From Octopus vulgaris (Eukaryota): DNA of 64,000 bases. Below, piece by piece: positions 24,811 through 37,300 of this stretch. The translations under genes and the position numbers were made by a program. The stretch covers positions 24,428,001-24,492,000 of the forward strand of contig OX597816.1 in the NCBI GenBank assembly GCA_951406725.2. The letters run 5' to 3'. Numbering within the stretch: the stretch's first letter is position 1; the number at the start of each line of letters is the position of its first letter. The notes under the pieces are model-generated. The model was not told the DNA's origin. It worked only from the letters and a program-made list of their open reading frames with translations, and did not search any database.

Positions 24811-27800
24811 CTGAAATTAAAAGAAACAAAAAACAAATAAATAGAAATATAATTAAAAGTTACGTAATTGACTCAGAGATGGTAAATTTAAATTTTTTTT
24901 TTTTTGGTGGGAGGTGTCAGAAGTGGGGGAAGGAGGGCCTATGTGCTTCATATATCCCATCAATTCCTATACCCCATCATATTCTTTTATTCTTTTACTT
25001 GTTTCAGTCATTTGACTGCGGCCATGCTAGAGCACCGCCTTTAGTCGAGCAAATCAACCCCAGGACTCATTCCTTGTAAGCCTAGTACTTATTCTATCGG
25101 TTGCTTTAGCCGAACCGCTAAGTTACGGGGACGTAAACACACCAGCATCGGTTGTCATGCGATGTTGGGGGGACAAACACAGACAAACAAACATATACAC
25201 ACACACACACACATATATACATACATATATACTACGGGCTTCTTTCAGTTTCCGTCTACCAAATCCACTCACAAGGCTTTGGTCGGCCCGAGGCTATAGT
25301 AGAAGACACTTGCCTAAGGTGCCATGCAGTGGGACTGAACCCGGAACTATGTGGTTGGTAAGCAAGCTACTTACCACATAGCCACTCCTATGCCTATATA
25401 TTCATATACCCCATTAATTCCTACTTGATGTGGTGAGAGTGTCACAGGTGCTGTTTAGTTTGAATGACAGAAATGGGAATCAAATGATAATGTAGGAAAG
25501 ATAGGGCAACCCAATCTCAACCAGTACTTGCAATCCAATGTGATTCTTGCAATAGGCTGTTTAGGGCAAGAATTGGGCTTATTAAGTTTATGAGCCATCA
25601 GAAAGCCCATCATCCTCTACAGCACAAATGACCCTCACCTCTGGACTGAAATACACTAAATACTCAGAAAGAAGTCCTTGCTGCAGTTGGTGATGAGTTT
25701 GAATGGCTATAAGGTAATATCTATTAGAAAAGAGGGGGATGGAATTCCTATGACTGACACACTGGCTCCTAACAAAGGTATGGGACCAGGGGCTGAGAAT
25801 TGGGAGGGATGATAAGAGGAGAGGGATGAGTGTACTGTTGTTGTTGTTTAGCCCTAGGCCATCCGTAATTAGGTAGAATTTAAGATCAAAAGACCCCTAG
25901 TCATGACTATTCAGTCTCTTCATATATACCTGGGGCTATGTTGTAAAATTTGATCTTCCTTTCTTTTGAAGATAGGTGTGGTTTGAGGGATCTAGCAACT
26001 TCATAAAGGCTCCTTTGATAGGTGGTCCTAAAAGGGTTAGTTACAGTTAAGCGCTTTGCTCTCTATGAAGTATAGGCTATTGGAAACTTTTCTCCACTGT
26101 TCTTGATTCTCAAATATTATTATTATTCAGGTCACTGCCTGGAATCAAACTCAGAATCTTGGGGTTAGTAGCCCACACTCTTAACCACTACACCATATGC
26201 CTGTGGGCAATTATGGAGTGAATTTTAGGGCTAATAAATCTAATATTCTCCTATCCTTCCTTAATGCTGGTTCTCATATGCTATTCATATCTGTACTCAG
26301 TATGCTTAGGAGGTTGTTGTGTCCTAGCATATGTGCTGCTTCTTTTAGTTTTCATATTTTCCAGTGGTATTCTCTGTCTATTATTTTAACTTCATCCCAC
26401 ACGGATATTTGTCCTCATCTTGTTTGTTGTTAACACAACATTTTGGCTGATATACCCTCCAGCCTTCATCAGGTGTCTAGGGAAGTGCAGGCAAGAATGC
26501 TCAACTAGACAAATTTGAGACTATCACACAAGAACAGATAAAATTCATCAAATAGACTTAAATACAGTATTTATCAACTTAAGGTCACTCACTACCAACC
26601 AAATATAGAAATAACGATTCTTTTTTTTTTTGGAACAGTGAATCTTGAAGCACATAAAGCTATAAACAATAGCATGTAAATATTGTACTGAAAAACACTT
26701 TGGGATAGAAATTGGCAAAGGTTTATTATTTAAATTATTTAAATAGGTATGGCTGTGTGAAAAGAATTTTATAGGTATGGCTGTGTGATAAGAATTTTAT
26801 ACCCAACCACATGGTAGATGGAAACTAAAAGAAGCCTGTCATACATGTGTGTGTGTGCATGTGAGTTTTTGGTGTCTATGTTTGTACCCCCCCACCCCTA
26901 CCAAACAGCTTGATAATCAGTGTTGGTTCGACCACATCCCTGTAGCTTAACAGTTCAGCGAAAGACACAGATAAATAAGTACCTTAAGGTGGTACTCCAG
27001 CATGGTCATAGTTGAATGACTGAAACAAGTAAACAACAAAATATACTTCGTTTTTGGATTTGGTTTGCAAGATCCTTTATATGATTTCGTGTGTTGAAGC
27101 ATATTCTGTTGTGTCCGGGGAGAGTCATTTTCTTTCTGTGCCTTATAATTTAACACACTCACCGGTAAAATTTCCACTTATCTATTTTTTTTTCCTAAAA
27201 TTTTCGTTGCATCTTGCAACCTTTTCAAGAGAGTCAAGACTATTGAAAAGGTTGCAAGACGCAACAAAAATTTTAGGAAAATAAAAATAAGAAATAAATG
27301 GTAATTTTACCAGTGAGTGTGTTAAATTATAAGGCACAAAAAGAAAATGACTCTCCCCAGACACAACAGAACAAAAGATACCTTTATGTGCTTCAAGATC
27401 CACTTATCCAAAAACAAATTATTTCACTGTTGTGTCTGGAGAGAGTCATTTTCTTTTTGTGCCTTATAATGTAACACACTCACCGGTAAAATTTCCACTT
27501 AGTTCTTATTTATATTTTCCTAAAATTTTACCGGTGAGTGTGTTACATTATAAGGCACAAAAATAAAATGACTCTCCTCAGACACAATAGAATATGTTTC
27601 AATACACGAACTCATATAAAGAATAGGCGTAGGAGTGGCTGTGTGGTAAGTAGCTTGCTTACCAACCACATGGTTCCAGGTTCAGTCCCACTGCGTGGCA
27701 CCTTGGGCAAGTGTCTTCTACTATAGCCTCGGGCCGACCAAAGCCTTGTGAGTGGATTTGGTAGACGGAAACTGAAAGAAACCTGTCGTATATATGTATA

Positions 27801-30800
27801 TATATATGTGTGTGTGTGTGTGCATGTTTGTGTGTCTGTGTTTGTCCCCTCAACATCGCTTGGCAACCGAAGCTGGTGTGTTTACGTCCCTGTAACTTAG
27901 CAGTTCGGCAAAAGAGACCGATAGAATAAGTACTAGGTTTACAATGAATAAGTCCTGGGGTCAATTTGCTCGACTAAAGACGGTGCTCCAGCATGGCTAC
28001 AGTCAAATATGACTGAAACAACTAAAAGAGTAAAAGAGTAATCTTGCAAACCAAATCCAAAAACGAAATTATTTCACGTTCTCTCAAAGGTTTATAAAAT
28101 CTTACGATGTCAACAATAACAATTTCAAAAAGAAAACTACTGTACCTGTTCCATATCCATCTTCCACATACGCAGTACATTGTCAGCACTTGCTGTCACG
28201 ATAATCTCATCAATGACCAGTATACAAGTGATAGCAACATTTCGTTGAACCTATAAAATGAATGTTATTTCTGGTCAGAAAAATATAACATTTTAAACAA
28301 CAACAAAACCGAAGAGTAAAAAGAAAATATAAACAAAAAGCAATCAAATTTACTGAATAACATTATTTGTGGCCTATGCTAGGGGTGTAACCAGCCCACT
28401 TATGTGTACCTTTCCTTCATTGGACACTAAACTCTGCTTACGAAGACTTGTTGAGGCAAGTGAAATCGAAATCAAATTCAATGACTGGCATCTGTGCTAG
28501 TGGAGTGCTAAGAACACCATCCAAGGATGATCATTTCCACAGCAGCTAACTGGCTTCCGTGCCGGTGGCACATAAGAAGCACCATTCAAGCGTGATCGTT
28601 ACCAGCGTTGCCTTACTGGCACTTATGCTGATGGCACATAAAAAAACATTCGAGCAAGGTCATTGCCAGTGCCGCTGGACTGGCTCCGGTGCAGGTGGCA
28701 CGTAAAAAGCACCGTTTGAGCATAGATGCTGCCAGTACAGCCTGACTGGCCCTCGTGTTGGTGGCACGTAAAAGCACCCACTACACTTTCTGAGTGGTTG
28801 GCGTTAGGAAGGGCATCCAGCTGTAGAAACTCTGCCAGATCAGATTGGAGCCTAGTTCCAGGTTCAGTCCCACTGCGTGGCACCTTGGGCAAGTGTCTTC
28901 CACTATAGCCTCGGGCCGACCAAAGCCTTGTGAGTCGATTTGGTAGACGGAAACTGAAAGAAGCCTGTTGTATATATGTATGTGTGTGTGTATATGTTTG
29001 TGTGTCTGTTTGTCCCCCCCCCCCAACATCACTTGACAACCGATGCTGGTGTGTTTACGTCCCTGTAACTTAGCAGTTCGGCAGAAAAGACTGATAGAAT
29101 AAGTACTAAGCTTACAAAGAATAAGTCCTGGGGTCGATTTGTTTGACTAAAGGTGGTGCTCCAGCATGGCCACAGTCAAATGACTGAAACAAGTAAAAGA
29201 GTAAAAAGAGAGAAAGTAGGAATCTTAGAAAAAAAAAAAAAGTATTGGACTTGATTTGCTCAGCTAAACCCTTCAAGGCAATGCCCCAGCATGGCCACAG
29301 TTCAATGACTGAAACAAGTGAAAGATAATGATAAAAGGTATTAAGATCAGGAAATATTGAAATATCTGTTTCCAAAATATACAGATTTGCACAAGTATTC
29401 AAAACATACTATCAGTAAAAAACATAAATTTAAAGAGAAAACTCCTTCAAAAATTTCATTTATGTTATCTACATAACTTTCGTCTAGGAAAAGAATACAA
29501 TTTAGAAATAATTTAATATATTTTGCTGACATAGGTAATAACATTTTTGAACATTGTCTAACATAATGTACATATTATATTCCTGAAGGTAAAAGTAACA
29601 AGTTTTGCAATTTCCCCAATACAAATTTCATTTGAAAACAAAAAAAATATGTACATTTTTATGATGACATTTTTCAACCAAGGGGGAAAAAAGTAATAAT
29701 AATAATATTTATCATTATTATATTTTTTCTTCTTTCAATTTTGTTTACATGTCTTGCTGAGTGTCTTCCTGAAATCATCATCATTATTATTATTATTATT
29801 ATTATCATTATTATTGTTATTATTATTATTACTATTATCATTACTGAGTAAGAGAGCAGCGCATGCCATTAAAGTGACACTGGGATAAAAATATATGAAG
29901 CCCAGTATACCCGTCATGACTACCCATCTGATAAGGGTACACCAGGCACATGCATCACAACCATATGTGCACAACCATGTGTGTGCGACATGGTGATCTC
30001 ATATCAAGATAAACAGCACATGACCTTGCAGGTGGGGCCCAGTTAGAATTTTCTTCTGGTCGAGTAGGCCATCCTGCTCAAAAGATCCCTGAACAAAACC
30101 CCCTTGTTTCCAAAGGTGAATTAGCCAAACCTCTAAGAATTCCTTTCAACACACGACTATGATGCTCACCCACTACGTCTACTCGTGATCAGAGATGCAC
30201 ATATCGTCAGCCACTAAGGGACATGGTCAACTGGTTAAGGTCAAACAACTGACAGGCAAATCTGTGGTATTGAGCAGAATATTTGCTGTAGCCCATCTTT
30301 TATACCAAGACAAAACAATGTACATGATAACACTTCCAATCAGTTAAGATCATAAGCCATGAGAGCCACTGTCTGGTACTGCATCAGGACATTATTATCA
30401 TATTCAAAATCTGCCATGGTTAACTTTGCCTTTCATCCTTTCAGGGTCAATAAATTAAGTCCCAGCTGAGTACTGGAGTCAATCTAATTGGCTGGCTCCC
30501 TCCCCCCAAATTTCTGGGCCTTGTGCCTAAAGTAGAAAAGATTATTGTTATCTTTTTTTAAGGCTGAGCTGGCAGAATCGTTAAGCACACTGGAAAAAGT
30601 GCTTAGTAACTTAGTGATATTTCGCTCATCGCTATGCTCTGAGCTCAAACTCCACCAAGGTTGACTTTGCCCTTCAATCCTTTCAGGAACAATAAATTAA
30701 GTACCAATGAAACATTGGGGTTAATGTAACTAACTTGCTCCTTCTCCCAAATTTCAGGTCTTAGCTGGCAGAATCATTAGCACACCAGACAAAATACTTA

Positions 30801-31291
30801 GCAGCATTTCGTTGGTCTTTACATTCTGAGTTCAAATTCCACCAAGGTCAACTTTGCCTTTCGTCCTTCAGGAGTCAATAAATTAAGTACCAGTGATACA
30901 CTAGGATCGATGTTATTGACTAGTCCCCTCCCTGCAAATTTCAGGCCTTCTGTTTTAAGTAGAAAATATCATTACTATTATCATTGATAATATTATTCTT
31001 TCAATTTTGTTTCCATTTCTTGCTGTCTTCCTGACATTATTATTATTATCACCATCATCATTATTATTATTATTATCATCATCATCATTATTATCATCAC
31101 CATCATCATTATTATTATCACCATCATTATTATCACTATCATTATTATTATCATCATCATTATTATTAATATCACCATCATTATTATTATTATCATCACC
31201 ATCATTATTATTATTGTTGACAATATTATTCTTTCAATTTTGTTTCCGTTCCTTGCTGTCTTCCTGACATTATTATTATTATTATTATTAT

Positions 31292-31323
<32 letters not shown>

Positions 31324-34300
31324 TTTCCCTTGATATCATTCATCTTATTCAAACATTGACAGCTTATTTCTGAAAACATGAATATTGTTTATTTCTGTTT
31401 ATTTCTATTCCGGGGGAGGGGTGGGGGTGAGCAACACAACCAAATGAGTGTTAGCTACACTGAAGACAAGATATGCTGTGTTCCAATAAAGTTTATTGTG
31501 GCATTTAAGAGGAGCATTTTTCTTTTCTTCTTTTTTTTTTTTTTTTTTTCATATTTTTGCTATGAAAAAAAATATAAAGAAATATTAATAGAAAAACGGC
31601 AAATCATTCCAATGTTCTCTCGGGGGGGGGGGGGGTTACAAAGTAAAAATCATGAAAGAATCTACGAGCCATAGGAAATCATAAAAATCAGTGCTTAATG
31701 CTAAACTCACAAGAGTTAAACAGATGATAAATTGATTTCTAACATGGGGAAACATTTCTCAGAAGAACCAGAGCAAAGGCTGTGGTTCTATTAGCTTGGA
31801 TGTATTGTTGCAGGGAGAATTAGTGTCCTACCCAAAAGGAAAATTGAATTCCTAGCAATGATACATTTGTAAACATATGGTTAATAAAAAGCAAAAAGGT
31901 TTCTTCTTATTATTATTATTATTGGTAAGGCGGTGAGCTGGCAGAATCGTTAGCACATCGGGTAAAATGCTTAGTGGAGTTTCACCAGCTGTTATGTTCT
32001 GAGTTCAAATTCCGCCGAGATCAATTTTGCCTTTCATCCTTTTGGGGGTAAATAAATTAAGTACCAGTAAAATCCTGGGGTTGATGTGATCGACTAGCCT
32101 CCTCCCCCAAAACTTCAAGCTTTGTGTCTATAATAGAAAGGACTATTATTATTGGTAAGGCGGTGAGCTAGCAGAATCGTTAACACATCAGGTAAAATGC
32201 TTAGTGGTGTTTTGCCTGCTGTTATGTTCTGAGTTCAAATTCCACCGAGATCAATTTTGCCTTTCATCCTTTTGGGGGTAAATAAATTAAGTACCAGTGA
32301 AATCCTGGGGTTGATGTGATCGACTAGCCCCCTCCCCCAAAACTTCAGGCTTTGTGTCTATAATAGAAAGGAGCTGGCAGAATCGTAAGCACATCGCCTG
32401 CCGTTACGTTCTGAGTTCAAATTCTGCTGAGATCAACTTTGCCTTTCATCCTTTTGGGGGTTGATAAATTAAGTACCAGTCAACATTAATATTGGTTTCG
32501 AATTTTAACACAAGGCCAGTAATTCAGGAGATGGGATGTGTCAATTACATTGACCCCAGTGTTCAACAGGTACTTACTTTATCGACTTCAAAAGGATGAA
32601 AGGCAAAGTTGACCTCAGTAGAGGACGGTGGGGGCAGTCGATTAGATCGACCCCAGTACGCATTTGGTATTTACTTTGATTTCAAAAGGATGAAAGGCAA
32701 AGTTGCCCTCAGCAGAATTTGAACTCAGATAGTAAAGACAAACGAAATGCTGCAAGGTGTTTTGTACCCCATGCTACCAATTATGCGAGATCACTGCCTT
32801 AACCAACGTTAATCTTTTCTACTGTAAGCACATGGCATGAAATGTTTGGGGAGGGGCGGGTAGTCGATTAGATTGGCCCAAGTATGCAACTGGTACTTAC
32901 TTTATCGACTTCAAAAGGATAAAAGGCAAAGTCACCCTCAGCAGAATTTGAACCCAGAAAGTAAAGACAAACGAACTGCCATTAAGCATATTACCAATTA
33001 TGCCAGCTCACTGCTTTAACCAACATTAATACTAAGCAGTATGTTGCTGTTGTTTGTATTGTTGTTCTTACTGTTATAGTTTATCCCTAGTTTAGTTTAA
33101 CATAACTGAGAAAATCTATGATCTGAAGCATGATCTGAAGCCTATGACCTCCCCTCCCTTTTTTTTCCTTTTCTCCTACATCATCAACACTACCCATTAT
33201 ATCTTTTCTTATTTAAGAGCAGTTGGTATGATTTGAAGGAGATTTGGTTACTATTTTTAGCAGGATGAGTGACCACATTTATAGGCTTAACCACCTTATC
33301 ATTATCTATTTCTTTCTTTCTCTCTTTCCTTTGTTTCCTCTCTCTTTCTCTCTCATTGGTTTTAATATTCAATATGATGTAAAAGAGATCTGAAGGAAAA
33401 ATTAAAGAAGCAAAAGAAAACAACATAAAAATACACTGAAATAAAGGCAAATATTTGATTTCTAGTTTTTATTACCGTTAATGTCTTGACGTTCTTCCCT
33501 TTATCTTTATCGTCGTCATATTTGAAACTGTTGTCTTGCCAATGAACTTGACCAGAGCTGTCCCCAAAGAAAGTGAAATTCTCTGTCACGAAAACAGCGG
33601 TCAGAAGTGTTTCAGGAGTGAGTAGCCAGTCCGTTTCTATTGTATCCTGTAGTATTATAGAATATTCACCTTTCTGAAAAATATAAACAGACATCATCAT
33701 CATCATCATCATCTTTTAATGTCTGTTTTCCATGCTAGCATGGTTTGAACTGTTTGACAGGAGCTGATAAGACATACTATTGTCAAGACAGACTATTGTC
33801 AAGACAGACTATTGTCAAGAAAGAGTATTGACTAGGTAGGGTATTGATAAGGCAGAGTATTGACAAGACAGGGTATTGACAAAGCAGAGTATTGACAAAG
33901 CAGAATATTAACAAGATGGAGTGCTGACAAAACAGAGTATTGACAAGATGGGGTATTGTCAGAACAGTATTGACAAGGTAGTATTGACAATTCAGCATAT
34001 TGACAAGGCAGGGTATTGACAAGCAGGGTATTGACAAAGCAGAGTATTGACAAAGAAGAATATTAACAAGACGGAGTGCTGACAAAACAGTATTGACAAG
34101 ACGGAGTATTGTCAGAACAGTATTGACAATTCAGCATATTGACAAGGCAGAGTATTGGCAGGGCAGGGTATTGACAAGGCAGAGTATTGACAGGGCAGGA
34201 TATTGACAAGGCAGGGTATCGCTCTTCCTGTCACCAAACCCCACCTGTTTCCATGCAAGGTAATATTTCCCCACAGCTGAACATATTTTCAAAAAGCATG

Positions 34301-37300
34301 AAATCGATTTTGGTTGAAGGTTATGGGTTTATTGTCCATAGCATAGCAAAATAAAAAGAACTAGTACTCTGTTAGTCATGATGATAAGGTTTCCAGTTGA
34401 TATGATCAATGGAACAGTCTGCTCATGAAATTAAAGTGCAAGGGGTTGAGACACTTCACAGACATAAGTACCTATTTCTTTACTACCCACAAGGGGCTAA
34501 ACACAGAGGGGATAAACAAGGACAGACACATGGATTAAGTCGATTACATCGACCCCAGTGCGTAACTGGTACTTATTTAATCGACCCCGAAAGGATGAAA
34601 GGCAAAGTCGACCTCGGTGGAATTTGAACTCAGAATGTAACGGCAGACGAAATACGGCTACACATTTCGCCCGGCATGCTAACGTTTCTGCCAGCTCACC
34701 GCCTTTACAGTCATAAGTACAGCTCACCGCTCACAGACATAAGTACCGTTTATGTAATTCTCAGGGAGATTCAGCATGAAAGGGAACATAACAAGGCTGG
34801 CCCTTTGAAATACAGGTGCAATTTATTTTTGACAGCTCAGTGGACTGCAGCAACATGAAATAGAGTGTCTTGCCCAAGGACACAAAACACTGCTGGGAAT
34901 TGAATTCCTGACCTTGTGATAACAAGCCAAACATCCTAACCATTAAGCCACGTGACTTCACATGGAAATATGACAGATGTTAAGACAATGGTGAGGATTG
35001 TTATTATATTAAAAACAAAAGCAAAAACAAGAAAAAAAAGGGGGAAGAGAAAAACAAAAGACCATAAAAACATAGACCTTACCTTATTAGTTACATGCCA
35101 TATGAGAAAATGTCGGTCATCAGTTATACTAATCATCAGTATTTTGTCCTTTAGTTTGACTGAAGAGAATGTCACAACATTTTCTTCGCTGGAAAATTGT
35201 GAATAAAATTCAATACATTAGATAAATAGAATTCTTATTCTTTTACTTGTTTCAGTCATTTGACTGCGGCCATGCTGGAGCACTGCCTTTAGTCGAACAA
35301 ATCAATCCCAGGACTTATTCTTTGTAAGCCTACTACTTATTCTATCGGTCTCTTTTGCTGAACCGCTAAATTACGGGGACATAAACACACCAGTATCAGT
35401 TGCCAAGTGATGTTGGGGGGACAAACACACACACACACACACATATATATATATGACGGGCTTCTTTCAGTTTCCGTCTACCAAATCCACTCACAAGGCT
35501 TTGGTTTGCCTGAGGCTATGGTAGAAGACACTTGCCCAAAGTGCCTGGGACCATGTGGTTGGTAAGCAAGCTACTTACTACACAGCCACTCCTGCACCTG
35601 TCTAAGTTACAATATAGGATTTTTGAATTTATTATATTAAATTTCTAAAGTTATCTTTTCTGTGTTTTTTAGCACTACACATCTATATGAGATACTTTCT
35701 CTCAACGAATACTGCAGTTTATCAGGTTTTCAACAATGTATCTGTTTTAAGTATGATATACAGGTTGCTTTCTTGAATTAGTACTGCTTCTGTCACTGAT
35801 AATGAATTTTTATTCAGCCTACCAACTAATTGCATCACCAGTGATTTGTGAATCACCATTTCTCTATATCAGTTGAGGCTAAATTTCTTTAAGCATGCAG
35901 TTGCTAATGGATACTTGCTGCAGATGCCACTCAGAGAAGATAATGTGTTGGTTTATTAAAACCTCACCCTTTCACACTGCCTCATCTTTCCATCATTTTT
36001 TTTTTTCAATTTTGTCATTTTTCATTTTCGGCTTTTCGTTTCTCCATTGCTATTATCACTTTTTTTTTTAACTGTTCATTCCTCCCTTCATTTTTCCTAT
36101 CACGTTCACAACTGCCTCAACACACACCCATACTAACCTCTCATAGTATAGCATCCCCTGCTTCTTTCTGACACTACACTTTATTTCCCCACTTTCACGT
36201 TCCCAACCTGTCCTACTAATAGTGTTGAAATCAAACTCGGTGACTGGCATCTGTTGCTAGTGGAGCACTAAGAGTACCATACGAGTGAGATCGTTGCCAG
36301 GGCAACAAGCAGATCTTCGTGCCGATGGCACATTAAACACACCATTCGAGCGTGATTGTTACCGCGTCGCCTTACTAGCTCTTGTGCTGGTGGCACGTGA
36401 AACATTTGAGCGAGGTTGTCGCCAGTGCCACTGGACTGGCTCCTGTGCAGGTTTCTCATAAAAAGCACCTTTTGGGCGTAGCCATCGCCAGTACCACCAA
36501 ACTGTCCCTCGTGCCGGTGACACGTAAAAGCACCCACTACACTCTTGGAGTAGTTGGTGTTAGAAAGGGCATCTAGCTGTAGAAACTCTGCCAGATCAGA
36601 TTGGTGTCTGGTTCGCCAGACCTCAGTCAAATTGTCCAACCCATGCTAGCATGGAAAGCGGACGTATGATGGTGATGATGATGTTGTCTCTCTGTACTAG
36701 CTCAAAGAAGAAGAAATTTAGGTTTAGCAATCTCACTGTTGCTCCTGTTGGATGCTTTTCATCTGTTGCAGATACTCTTCTCTGCTTCTTAGCACTATAC
36801 AAATACCAGGTTGAGGAAAAAGTTTGTGTGCCATGTTAAAATAATGATTTTTTTTTTCCTGCCTTTAACCCTCCAAAGCGGAGTATAGGCCACTTATAAT
36901 TGAATTCCATGTCGCATAATTTTTCACTTCTGTACTTATACTCTGCCATGAATGTCCCCCTTTCTCTAATTCCTTTTGTTTTGATCTACGCCACGAGTTC
37001 TTAGACCTACCTCCCCTTCTATATCCATCCGGATTCCACTGTAAAACACTTTTCGCTACATTTGGTGTGTCTTTTCTAATTGTGCTACCAATTTTTCTTA
37101 AATATTTGCTCCCTAATCGAAACTTGATTTGTTCTTTGCCATAGCTCCATATTGCTTATGTATACAGAAATGTAATTGACTTAATCCCTTTGTCTCTCCT
37201 TGTTTGCCCCCTCTATGTTTAGCCCCTTGTGGGCAATAAAGAAATAAGAAACATTAGCACGCTGGGCAAAATGCTTAGCGGTATTTCCTCTGTCTTTACA

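Noticed and set aside
33775-34220. Regular short repeats resembling a CRISPR array
   Set aside because: No unique spacers, degenerate head-to-tail units, eukaryotic intron, no cas genes
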